64,000 nucleotides of DNA, taken from positions 1 through 64,000 of IMG/VR virus record IMGVR_UViG_3300042554_001855. One strand, 5' to 3'. The first letter of the stretch is position 1. Every line of letters begins with the position of its first letter. Shown here piece after piece: positions 1 to 7,649 of the stretch. Under the pieces are notes generated by a model. That model saw only the letters and a list, made by a program, of their open reading frames with translations. It was not told where the DNA came from and did not search any database. Origin of the DNA: an uncultured virus (IMG/VR IMGVR_UViG_3300042554_001855). Lineage: Duplodnaviria; Heunggongvirae; Uroviricota; Caudoviricetes. Position numbers and translations under genes: made by a program.

Positions 1-13
1 TTGTATGTAAGGT

Positions 14-493
14 TCATTCTCTCAAACTATCCAACACTTGAAGAATAAAAGCAATCGAGTTAGCATACTCTCGTCCATCTTGCCCACCCATTACAATATA
101 AGCAATCTCTTTTTCGGCAAGTTCAATTCTCTCATTTCTGGTGAGTTCTTTGAGTTCAGGACGATACCAATTACCATCAGCATCTTGTTTGAAACCAGCA
201 TTCAGTTTTTCACGACGCTCTGCTTCTTCAAACATTTCATCGGGGTATGGTTCGCAATCCATTGTTTTTTCTATTTCAAGTTTAATTTCAGGTGCTTTGG
301 TTCCAAGAGTAAGAGTTTCAAGGGTTGGAGAAGGCATACGGGATGTTTCTTTACCGTTTGTATAGAAGATTAAGTCCTTGTTCATAAGTTTCCTCAGTTT
401 CTCTTTGCCGTATTCAGTGAGTTCGTGTTTTTTGTTGCGGAGTTCTTCTACTTCTTCTTGGGTGAGATTGACCCAAGGCATATCATTGTTCAT
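14..493 (-). CDS. hypothetical phage protein (starts MNNDMPWVNLT)
   Basis: ORF in a chain of minus-strand genes; ATG at 493 overlaps the upstream stop (ATGA). Confidence 0.7.
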   Translation of the reverse strand: MNNDMPWVNLTQEEVEELRNKKHELTEYGKEKLRKLMNKDLIFYTNGKETSRMPSPTLETLTLGTKAPEIKLEIEKTMDCEPYPDEMFEEAERREKLNAGFKQDADGNWYRPELKELTRNERIELAEKEIAYIVMGGQDGREYANSIAFILQVLDSLRE

Positions 494-672
494 TGTTCCC
501 AAGCATAAGATTTCAGAAGTTCGTTGTCCTTCTCCAGTTGCTCTATTCTATCACACAACTCGGTGATAATACAAATCAAAGAAGGATAGCAAATAGTTTC
601 AGTATCATTCCCATCCTCCATATCAATATAGCGGTGATGGCAAAGTTCTTTGGCAAAGTTGCGTTCAGTCAT
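490..672 (-). CDS. hypothetical protein
   Basis: 60 aa ORF with ATGA overlaps at both ends. Confidence 0.7.
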   Translation of the reverse strand: MTERNFAKELCHHRYIDMEDGNDTETICYPSLICIITELCDRIEQLEKDNELLKSYAWEQ

Positions 673-1268
673 CGTAGCATCCCCTTGATTTTACGCAAAC
701 AATCATTAAATCCATCAACAAGCAATTCAGTATCTACATTTTGACTTCCTGCTGCTGATTGTTCTTTCGGCAACCAACTCTCCACCAAATCTACAATATC
801 ATTACAGGCATCAAAATCATAACCAAGTTCATCCACCAATCTATTAAAAAGCTTTTGTGCTTGGTATTTTTTAATTAACCTATTCACAACCTCATCCATC
901 GGTTTTGGATTATCTTTCTCATCCCAATATGCTCTCACATTCCTATAAGGTTCATCAACTACATCATCATACTTCCCCTTCTTTACATCGTTGAACCATA
1001 CACCTTCAAGAAGACGATGAGTTTCACCATCACTAATATTAACCATCAGCATACCATCAACAGTATGCTTTCTCTTATACCAAGTATGACTCTTATCATT
1101 AAATTCATAACGATAATAATTCTCACCATTATAAGAGACAATCTCAAACTTTCCACCAAGTTCAAAGTTCATTCTTGGTTGAGATTTATGGTTCTCAATC
1201 TCTTTGAGGAGTTCAAGTTTCTTTTGAAGCACTTTGATTTCTGCTTTTACTTTTTCAATTTCAGTCAT
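669..1268 (-). CDS. hypothetical protein
   Basis: 199 aa ORF; C-terminus similar to ORF 1933-2097. Confidence 0.75.
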   Translation of the reverse strand: MTEIEKVKAEIKVLQKKLELLKEIENHKSQPRMNFELGGKFEIVSYNGENYYRYEFNDKSHTWYKRKHTVDGMLMVNISDGETHRLLEGVWFNDVKKGKYDDVVDEPYRNVRAYWDEKDNPKPMDEVVNRLIKKYQAQKLFNRLVDELGYDFDACNDIVDLVESWLPKEQSAAGSQNVDTELLVDGFNDCLRKIKGMLR

Positions 1269-1398
1269 TTTTCTTATAAAACTCTATTTTGAGTTGAGTA
1301 ATGAGTAAATCAACTTTATCTTCAATACGAGTAAGTCGTTCCTCAATCGTATCTATACGATACTCATCAATTGCTTCTTTTTTTATTTCGTAAATCAT
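1261..1398 (-). CDS. small hypothetical coiled-coil protein (MIYEIKKEAIDEYRIDTIEERLTRIEDKVDLL..., 45 aa)
   Basis: Hand-translated; fills the gap and overlaps both neighbours. Confidence 0.55.
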   Translation of the reverse strand: MIYEIKKEAIDEYRIDTIEERLTRIEDKVDLLITQLKIEFYKKND

Positions 1399-1853
1399 AG
1401 TTTTATAAAGTGAAATTCACCATCTTGTTTTGTTTTACCCCAGAGAAATTCATTTGAATCTATATCATATCCAGCATCTCTGGAATAGTAATTAATACCA
1501 TCAAACTTCAAAAATGTGGAGACATAAGCATTTCTCTTGGGTATGATACAATTATCATTTATACCAATCCAAGAGTTATTTACATACTCAAAAACAATCT
1601 CACAAGATTTGGTATTTGTAAGATTATTATAAGGTGTCATAATAACATTCTCACCAGACACGGATAATTCCAATGTTGTTGCCCGATAAGGTTTTTCTTC
1701 CCCATCAATATCATACCAACTCTTTGAGTATAACATTCCGTCAGGAAGTTCTTCAAATTTAATATGAATATGTGCCCAAAGTGGTGGACTGTTAAATGCT
1801 TGCTGTTGGTTAGAATAATTACCAATCAATTTTACTTTGAAATCTTCAATCAT
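1395..1853 (-). CDS. cpeT: CpeT/CpcT-like phycobilin lyase (cyanophage auxiliary gene)
   Basis: GNYSNQQQAFNSPPLWAHIHI, KPYR and SRDAGYD...WG motifs of T-type lyases. Confidence 0.85.
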   Translation of the reverse strand: MIEDFKVKLIGNYSNQQQAFNSPPLWAHIHIKFEELPDGMLYSKSWYDIDGEEKPYRATTLELSVSGENVIMTPYNNLTNTKSCEIVFEYVNNSWIGINDNCIIPKRNAYVSTFLKFDGINYYSRDAGYDIDSNEFLWGKTKQDGEFHFIKL

Positions 1854-1936
1854 AAGGCATCCTCCTCCACAGGAAATAGGTTAGCATACTCTTCATCAGT
1901 CAGTGTGAGATTGACCCACGGCATATCATCGTTCAT
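1850..1936 (-). CDS. 28 aa chimeric mini-ORF (MNDDMPWVNLTLTDEEYANLFPVEEDAL), possibly a remnant
   Basis: Hand-translated; its halves match ORFs 14-493 and 2565-2741. Confidence 0.45.
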   Translation of the reverse strand: MNDDMPWVNLTLTDEEYANLFPVEEDAL

Positions 1937-2097
1937 CGTAGTTTCTCCCGCATAAGTTTCAGACACTCGTTCCATTTATAAGAGTTAGTATCGTGTTCTT
2001 TCGGCAACCAACCTTCTACGGCATCCACAATCTCATCGGTGCAGTCAATACTATACCCCAAGTCATCCCGTATAATGTCCCAGAGTTTTCTAGTCAT
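1933..2097 (-). CDS. hypothetical protein (54 aa, MTRKLWDIIRDDLGYSIDCTDEIVDAVEGWLPKE...)
   Basis: Hand-translated; paralogous to the C-terminus of 669-1268. Confidence 0.7.
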   Translation of the reverse strand: MTRKLWDIIRDDLGYSIDCTDEIVDAVEGWLPKEHDTNSYKWNECLKLMREKLR

Positions 2098-2317
2098 TGG
2101 TCTTGGAGCATCTCCCAGTATTATAACCCGTCATATATGCGGAATGCAACCACTTGGTCATCAAATCCTTACGAGTATTCACATCTTCTACTTCGCAATC
2201 ACCGAAAAAATATTCACTACGAAGTGAAAAACCACCATAAAGGTCGTGAAACCATTTCTGAAATGCGACTTCGGCAGTATCTTCCCATTCCCATTCTGAT
2301 GTAGGATGTTCAGTCAT
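2090..2317 (-). CDS. hypothetical protein
   Basis: 75 aa ORF with coupled overlaps. Confidence 0.7.
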   Translation of the reverse strand: MTEHPTSEWEWEDTAEVAFQKWFHDLYGGFSLRSEYFFGDCEVEDVNTRKDLMTKWLHSAYMTGYNTGRCSKTND

Positions 2318-2568
2318 TTCAGTTCCTCTTCATCTTGCTCAATCTGAAAGATAGCATTTAGAAACTCCAGACCATACTTACCCACGACCCAGGCATCTTT
2401 ATCCTCAAAGAACCGATCACCAATAGTCCACATATCATAATACTCTTTACCTTTATTGAAGAAGGCAATCACATAACAATACTCTTTGCCTTCACATTTA
2501 TGCCACCTAACGAGTTCATACTTGTTGTTGACTTCGCACCAACGGAACTCTATGTTACGAAACCTCAT
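2314..2568 (-). CDS. hypothetical protein
   Basis: 84 aa ORF with ATGA overlaps. Confidence 0.75.
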   Translation of the reverse strand: MRFRNIEFRWCEVNNKYELVRWHKCEGKEYCYVIAFFNKGKEYYDMWTIGDRFFEDKDAWVVGKYGLEFLNAIFQIEQDEEELK

Positions 2569-2741
2569 TCTTCTTCCTCTTCATAAGGGAACATTTCATC
2601 ATACTCTTCATCAGTCAGAGTAAGATACTGAACATCAGCATTTTTGTGTTCTTCGGCATACACCAACTGATAGTGAGCAAAACTGCTTTCAGAAGTGCTG
2701 GCGTATTCTAAAAGACCATCAACAAAGCATAGGTAGTTCAT
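2565..2741 (-). CDS. hypothetical protein (MNYLCFVDG...)
   Basis: ATG overlaps the upstream TAA and follows GGAGG. Confidence 0.7.
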   Translation of the reverse strand: MNYLCFVDGLLEYASTSESSFAHYQLVYAEEHKNADVQYLTLTDEEYDEMFPYEEEEE

Positions 2742-2935
2742 TAGAGCACCTCCCAATCACATTCCCAGAAGTCGTTGATATTCACCCAGAAGAAGTATTT
2801 CTGGTTCTCTGATGCGAGAAACAGCATACCATCACCCTTATCCTGCTCCACAATACAGATAGGGTTGTTGTCCATCATATTCGCAAGGCGGTTCTTAGCC
2901 TTCTTGCTTTTGGGTCTGACTGTTACTCTTCTCAT
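2741..2935 (-). CDS. hypothetical cyanophage protein
   Basis: 64 aa ORF MRRVTVRPKSKKAKNRLAN. Confidence 0.7.
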   Translation of the reverse strand: MRRVTVRPKSKKAKNRLANMMDNNPICIVEQDKGDGMLFLASENQKYFFWVNINDFWECDWEVL

Positions 2936-3152
2936 TTTGAATCTCCAGTTTCAGTTTGCGAATACCAGTAATAAAGTAAGCAAAGTCACGGGATTCAGTC
3001 ACCCGTTTTTCTTCACCACATACACCACACTTACCATTCCAGACAGATGAACAACCGACTGAATAGACACCATACTTTTGCCCACAATCCATACAGGTTG
3101 TGCCTGTCTGCTCAAGGCGTTTGAGTAGTGCCTTCTTCTCTTTGAGGGTCAT
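2895..3152 (-). CDS. hypothetical zinc-finger-like protein
   Basis: Two CxxC pairs (CMDC, CGVC); promoter directly upstream. Confidence 0.65.
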   Translation of the reverse strand: MTLKEKKALLKRLEQTGTTCMDCGQKYGVYSVGCSSVWNGKCGVCGEEKRVTESRDFAYFITGIRKLKLEIQNEKSNSQTQKQEG

Positions 3153-3173
3153 AGGGGCGTTTCAGATATGAAT

Positions 3174-3230
3174 ATTATAAAGCATCAGGAGGCGTCTTCA
3201 ACGTCCTCTGTGCCAGTTTCGGAAGTGTCC
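3174..3230 (-). promoter_or_regulatory. early-type promoter with upstream palindromic box
   Basis: TATAAT at 3174-3179 and GGACACTT-CCGA-AACTGGCAC box; same box at 8933 and 18087. Confidence 0.6.
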
Positions 3231-3622
3231 TCGTCAGGCAACTCCTCATCTAAATCCACACCGTCCAATACTTCATCTGACCATTCTTTTACTCTTTCCA
3301 ACACTTCATCCATAGAATATGTTTCTACTTTACCAAGCTCAACGTCTTCTACCATTTGTAAAAGATATTCCAGAAACTCTTTGGGATAACATTCATCTTC
3401 ACCAAGAGAAGACCAGAACCAATCTCTACATTCTTCTTCTGGATCTTCTACTGTTCTGGGGAGAGCATAGTTATCATAGTTGGAAGTCATCAGGTCAGCC
3501 CAGATGCGAAATGTGATTCGCATACTCTGCCATCCAGTCATCCAACAATGACCAATCCAATACTCCCACCAGTTCAAGGTGGTTTTCTTTTTATCAGTTC
3601 CTTTAAGTGCTTTACTAAACAT
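3185..3622 (-). CDS. hypothetical protein
   Basis: ~145 aa Trp-rich ORF with acidic C-terminus; start uncertain (3622 or 3628). Confidence 0.7.
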   Translation of the reverse strand: MFSKALKGTDKKKTTLNWWEYWIGHCWMTGWQSMRITFRIWADLMTSNYDNYALPRTVEDPEEECRDWFWSSLGEDECYPKEFLEYLLQMVEDVELGKVETYSMDEVLERVKEWSDEVLDGVDLDEELPDEDTSETGTEDVEDAS

Positions 3623-3921
3623 CAGCACTCATCCATTCCAAGATATTCAGTTTCCTTTTCATCCACTTCTTTCATATAGTCCCAGTTCCAAGTCCTAGAA
3701 AGAACATCAATATCAAATCCAAACTTATATGCCCAGAACAGAATACCTAAAAGACCATTGCTTCCCATTGTAATTTGAAGATAAGGTGAAGATGGGTAGT
3801 CATTCCAACTTACAGAAAACTGAAACAGAGACCACTGATACTTTTTGGGTCTGATGTTCAGGATCTGGACATATACTTCGTGTCCAAAGTCATAGCGATG
3901 CTTGAATTGAATTAGGTTCAT
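3622..3921 (-). CDS. hypothetical protein
   Basis: 99 aa ORF, coupled to neighbours. Confidence 0.7.
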   Translation of the reverse strand: MNLIQFKHRYDFGHEVYVQILNIRPKKYQWSLFQFSVSWNDYPSSPYLQITMGSNGLLGILFWAYKFGFDIDVLSRTWNWDYMKEVDEKETEYLGMDEC

Positions 3922-4112
3922 TGTGTGAGTTCCTCTGCGAGTTGTAGCATGTCATTAACATCCAAAACTGTTAGTCCCATTTGGGCATTATAAGCCTTTA
4001 CAGACTGTGTTGCAAGAGAAAGAATTGCTGCAACTAATTTTTCTTCAGTATCAGCACCAGAGTTTCGTGCTTCCCATATTGCATTCATAAATGCTTGTGC
4101 TCGATCCGTCAT
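3918..4112 (-). CDS. hypothetical protein
   Basis: 64 aa ORF, coupled to neighbours. Confidence 0.7.
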   Translation of the reverse strand: MTDRAQAFMNAIWEARNSGADTEEKLVAAILSLATQSVKAYNAQMGLTVLDVNDMLQLAEELTQ

Positions 4113-4411
4113 TTATAATCATCTCCGTATTCAATATTAGAGTCTGCGTTCATAAGTTCTACAGTAGTTTGATATCCCTGTGCTACTGTAACTTCGTGTT
4201 GAATCGCAATATCACGAAGTGCTTCTACATCATATTCATGAGCAGTAATCCAACTAAATCCTTTACCAAAAGTATTATCAGGATTCACGATGTACCAGTG
4301 ACAGGCAGTGTCGGGAACAAACACGGAACATTTAGTCCAGTCATTGTCCCACTGAGGAACCTGAACAAAAGAGAGTGCCGCAAAGATGAAACCAAGAAAA
4401 CTAAAAATCAT
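4109..4411 (-). CDS. hypothetical protein with N-terminal hydrophobic/signal segment
   Basis: MIFSFLGFIFAALSFVQV N-terminus; ATGA overlaps. Confidence 0.7.
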   Translation of the reverse strand: MIFSFLGFIFAALSFVQVPQWDNDWTKCSVFVPDTACHWYIVNPDNTFGKGFSWITAHEYDVEALRDIAIQHEVTVAQGYQTTVELMNADSNIEYGDDYK

Positions 4412-4611
4412 TGTTCCTTAACAACACAAGATGTAGTGCATTTAAGGTCACCAGAAGAACCAGAGACCGTAGATGTATGGTGTGGGGTCTTTTCTGGTGT
4501 AAGATTATAAGACACCAATAGACCTACAGCAAATCCAATAACGGGCAAACAAACGTGAAGTAAAAAAGAATTACGAGTCCGCATTAGTATCCTCAAAGTC
4601 AAACCATTCAT
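4408..4611 (-). CDS. small membrane protein (true start probably 4584, MRTRNS)
   Basis: Single hydrophobic helix. Confidence 0.55.
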   Translation of the reverse strand: MNGLTLRILMRTRNSFLLHVCLPVIGFAVGLLVSYNLTPEKTPHHTSTVSGSSGDLKCTTSCVVKEQ

Positions 4612-4756
4612 AAAGAGAGTTCATCGCACCATCCACCACACAATCAACCACAGCATCTTCGTGTGGATTCTCTACGTGTTTATGAGCACGGTTGTATCCA
4701 TAACGGACACCTTCTTCCAATGCCATTTCCAATACCTTACGGAAGTTGGGTTTCAT
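4571..4756 (-). CDS. hypothetical protein
   Basis: 61 aa ORF MKPNFRKVLEMALEEGVRYGYNRAHKH. Confidence 0.7.
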   Translation of the reverse strand: MKPNFRKVLEMALEEGVRYGYNRAHKHVENPHEDAVVDCVVDGAMNSLYEWFDFEDTNADS

Positions 4757-4757
4757 A

Positions 4758-4961
4758 TCAATAAGGAAGAGATTTCAGACCATCCAGAACTTCCTGAAAG
4801 CGTTCAGCACGACTCTTGTGGTGCTCCACATTCTCCTCAAGCACACTCACAATATCGTCCAGGACAACATCCAGAGACGCATCGGTATCAAAGTATTGTT
4901 GGATTGCTTCGGCAAGATACCGCCGCCGACTCCATTCCATACTATAAGGTTTGTAGTCCAT
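4758..4961 (-). CDS. hypothetical protein (MDYKPYSMEWSRRRYL...)
   Basis: ATG just downstream of the consensus promoter 4984-5012. Confidence 0.7.
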   Translation of the reverse strand: MDYKPYSMEWSRRRYLAEAIQQYFDTDASLDVVLDDIVSVLEENVEHHKSRAERFQEVLDGLKSLPY

Positions 4962-4983
4962 AATAATGGGTGTATATGGGTGT

Positions 4984-5012
4984 ATTATAGGGTATTTACT
5001 ACGGGTTGTCAA
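4984..5012 (-). promoter_or_regulatory. sigma70-type promoter
   Basis: TTGACA-N17-TATAAT perfect consensus. Confidence 0.8.
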
Positions 5013-5016
5013 GACT

Positions 5017-5040
5017 AAAACGGGGGGATTTCTCCCCCCA
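5017..5040 (-). terminator. intrinsic terminator
   Basis: GGGGGG-AGAAAT-CCCCCC hairpin followed by GTTTT. Confidence 0.7.
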
Positions 5041-5045
5041 ATAAC

Positions 5046-5225
5046 TCAATGTGAATGATCTAACAAACTTCTACATATCCTTTTACACACTTGTTTTTCA
5101 TCATCACATTCAATCAGACAATTAAAATAATCATTAACTAAATCCAATTCATCATTGCATCGATCTACAGTTTCTTCAAAATGGTTCCATTCAGCCAGTT
5201 GATTGTAAGAAATTAAGTTGTGCAT
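5046..5225 (-). CDS. small Cys-containing protein of picocyanobacterial/cyanophage type (MHNLISYNQL...DYFNCLIECDD...CKRICR)
   Basis: GGAGG RBS before ATG 5225; family recalled from the Cys pattern. Confidence 0.75.
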   Translation of the reverse strand: MHNLISYNQLAEWNHFEETVDRCNDELDLVNDYFNCLIECDDEKQVCKRICRSLLDHSH

Positions 5226-5367
5226 AATAACCTCCATGCACAAAGAACATCATAATAATGGAGTTTTCGCTCATTTGTATCACCTCTCATATTGTAACAC
5301 TATCTAGACAAATTATGTTCAGATAATAACATTTCCGCAACAAAAATTTATGCCTACGAGTTTATAC

Positions 5368-5517
5368 TTACTCTTCTTCAAGTTCTGCCAGATAATCAAT
5401 CCACCACTGAGGATCTTTTTGCATCTTCCAGTTGGGAACCTCTTTACCGTGCTCAAAATACCATTTCCAGATTGCTTCGTCAATCACTTCAGCAATCTCA
5501 ATCCTCTTCATTCTCAC
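5368..5517 (-). CDS. hypothetical protein (start uncertain; track extends to 5583)
   Basis: IAEVIDEAIWKWYFEHGKEVPNWK...PQWWIDYL looks protein-like. Confidence 0.6.
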   Translation of the reverse strand: MRMKRIEIAEVIDEAIWKWYFEHGKEVPNWKMQKDPQWWIDYLAELEEE

Positions 5518-5689
5518 CATCAACGTCTCCATATGGGTTTTCCACATAGGGTCCGTGCTCTCGTTTGGAATCTTCTCGGACATAATTGACTTCTGATACG
5601 CTAGAGGACAACCAGACAGACACTTTCATTATAAGATATATAACCGCCAGTGGAAGAAAACAAAGTGAAAGTATTACAGCGTGTTTCAT
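5498..5689 (-). CDS. small membrane protein
   Basis: N-terminal TM helix; ATGA overlap. Confidence 0.65.
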   Translation of the reverse strand: MKHAVILSLCFLPLAVIYLIMKVSVWLSSSVSEVNYVREDSKREHGPYVENPYGDVDGENEED

Positions 5690-5901
5690 TCTTCTATCTC
5701 AAAACACTTTTCAAACTTATCCCTCAACTCATTAAGTTTCGTTTGCTCTTGAAACTCCATAATATGTGCATTGATTTCTTTTTCTGCTTCAGTGAATTCC
5801 ATACGATACTTTTGTTTAATATCAATCAAGCGCACCATATCCATATAGTGCTCTGGACTTTTATTAACAAACTCTTCGTAAGTCAATCCCGAGTCCTCCA
5901 A
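5686..5901 (-). CDS. hypothetical protein
   Basis: 71 aa ORF; start uncertain. Confidence 0.65.
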   Translation of the reverse strand: MEDSGLTYEEFVNKSPEHYMDMVRLIDIKQKYRMEFTEAEKEINAHIMEFQEQTKLNELRDKFEKCFEIEE

Positions 5902-6200
5902 TCGGTTTCGTCTTCATCACGTTTAAACCAATCATGCAGTTCATCTGGGCTGTCAAAACCTCTTCTACCAAATCTTTCGTGCCCTAAACCACCAATATCC
6001 ATTGAGTTTAGAAAATCATCCATTTCGTCCATATTAGGATTTTCTGCTTTACGTCTTGCCTGACGGAGCATTGTACCAGCAGAGCGATTTGCTTTCGCAA
6101 GTTTCTCTGCCCAAATCATATCTTCAAGACTCACTTCTTCGTGAAGGACAATCTTTTCACAGATTGCTTCTAACCGAAGACGATATTGTGTAGATAACAT
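5883..6200 (-). CDS. conserved cyanophage hypothetical protein
   Basis: MLSTQYRLRLEAICEKI...WAEKLAKAN; GGAG RBS. Confidence 0.75.
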   Translation of the reverse strand: MLSTQYRLRLEAICEKIVLHEEVSLEDMIWAEKLAKANRSAGTMLRQARRKAENPNMDEMDDFLNSMDIGGLGHERFGRRGFDSPDELHDWFKRDEDETDWRTRD

Positions 6201-6220
6201 ATCTTTCTCCAGATATAGGG

Positions 6221-6781
6221 TTATTTAGATTCTGCTTGAATCAGATTGAATGCCAGGGCAACTCGCCTAACATCCGATCTATTTGGAAGGGTATGGTGGA
6301 GTAATGCTGATGGAAAAAATAGAATGGAGCCCTCAGTTACATTTTCTGGATTATATTCAACCATGCTACCATCAAATAAATCTGTAAAGGGAGCTATGAA
6401 TCGAACTGGTGTATGTAGTTCTGGATTATATTCCAAATAACATACAGCAGCAAATCCTGAGTAATGATTATGTACAGGATGTGACATGTATTTTTCTTGG
6501 ATTTGAAACCAAGACGAAGAAATTTTACACATTTCAACCTTAAAAGTTTCCATGAAATAATATATCTCTTCGTTCAAAATTTCATGAACAGAGCGATTCA
6601 AGTTATTCATTTCATCGGAATTTTCATCCCGAATAGAACTATAAAAAGTGGTATGTAAATGAATTTGATTTTCAAAATTACTGGATTGTGTTTCCATCAA
6701 ATCGAGTAATTTTTTCTTTTTACTTTCCCAATCATGTACCTTTAGATGAAGCAAAGGTACGTTAAACATACTAATTAGCAT
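6221..6781 (-). CDS. 2OG-Fe(II) oxygenase-family protein
   Basis: HPVHNH...AVCYL...EGSILFFPSALLHHTLPN...RVALAFN double-stranded beta-helix motifs. Confidence 0.8.
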   Translation of the reverse strand: MLISMFNVPLLHLKVHDWESKKKKLLDLMETQSSNFENQIHLHTTFYSSIRDENSDEMNNLNRSVHEILNEEIYYFMETFKVEMCKISSSWFQIQEKYMSHPVHNHYSGFAAVCYLEYNPELHTPVRFIAPFTDLFDGSMVEYNPENVTEGSILFFPSALLHHTLPNRSDVRRVALAFNLIQAESK

Positions 6782-7019
6782 CTGGATTATTTTTATTGCT
6801 GTATTCTTGTTGCAACTCTTTTGCTAGTTTCATAGCACGACGCCACATTAGATATTTTACCACAGGATTACGTGGATTATTCAATAACCACCATTTTTGT
6901 TTCTCAAAGTTAGATTTTGCTAACTTTGTAATGTAATAAAAAGCAGCAGCGACACTATCATCGGTTGCGATGAAGTATGCCACTACTGCAAATACGATAA
7001 ACCAAGCGTAATAAGTCAT
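6771..7019 (-). CDS. small membrane protein
   Basis: Hydrophobic N-terminus. Confidence 0.65.
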   Translation of the reverse strand: MTYYAWFIVFAVVAYFIATDDSVAAAFYYITKLAKSNFEKQKWWLLNNPRNPVVKYLMWRRAMKLAKELQQEYSNKNNPDAN

Positions 7020-7186
7020 CGTCTTAAATTTTTTAAATATTCTAGCACTTGCTCACGCACTGCCATTAATTCATTATAGCACTTTTGTTCGTGTGCATCT
7101 TGTCTGAGTTCGTGATCTGGTTTATGGACGCTCTCAATAAACAAATCCAACCCTTTATTCCATTTAATTTCAGGAGTCTCTTCCAT
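7016..7186 (-). CDS. hypothetical protein (56 aa, MEETPEIKWNKGLDLFIESVHKPDHELR...)
   Basis: Hand-translated; stop overlaps the next ATG. Confidence 0.7.
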   Translation of the reverse strand: MEETPEIKWNKGLDLFIESVHKPDHELRQDAHEQKCYNELMAVREQVLEYLKNLRR

Positions 7187-7218
7187 AATCAGTATCGTAG
7201 TTATACTATTTAACGGGT

Positions 7219-7467
7219 TTAAAGAAACTTGTCTAAACTGGAAACCGATGCGCCTTTTGCGGACTTTTGAATGTAGGTTTTTGCGGACTTGTAATTGTTT
7301 GCCACATGAATTTGTTGCCCATTGTGAATGATGACAAACTTTTTAGAATTTACCATCGGAACAGCAGCCCACATACCATCTTTCGTCACATAACCTTGAG
7401 GGTCTCCTGGAGTTGGGTCAAGAATACCAGGACGATCGATAAAAGATTTTTGAAAAGATTCACTCAT
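7219..7467 (-). CDS. hypothetical protein
   Basis: 82 aa ORF (GYVTKDGMWAAVP...IIHNGQQ). Confidence 0.75.
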   Translation of the reverse strand: MSESFQKSFIDRPGILDPTPGDPQGYVTKDGMWAAVPMVNSKKFVIIHNGQQIHVANNYKSAKTYIQKSAKGASVSSLDKFL

Positions 7468-7607
7468 CCGAATACCGCAGTGACTCCCATGACCTTAGCA
7501 TTAGGATTACGGGCGAGGGCAACCTGACGTGCTTCTTGGTAGTCACGTGCCTCAACAATCTCATCAAAGACCTTGCCAGCGACATAGAGTTGGACTTTGC
7601 AGCGCAT
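7464..7607 (-). CDS. hypothetical protein (47 aa, MRCKVQLYVAGKVFDEIVEARDYQEARQVALARNPNAKV...)
   Basis: Hand-translated; AGGAGG RBS; stop overlaps the next ATG. Confidence 0.75.
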   Translation of the reverse strand: MRCKVQLYVAGKVFDEIVEARDYQEARQVALARNPNAKVMGVTAVFG

Positions 7608-7649
7608 TGGGGGGATTCCTCCTGATGTGTAGGTAGTTTAGCAGAAAAC

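Noticed and set aside
378..566. Plus-strand ORF sharing VRLTxGIS with 1764-1955
   Set aside because: Antisense image of the duplicated MPWVNLT gene start
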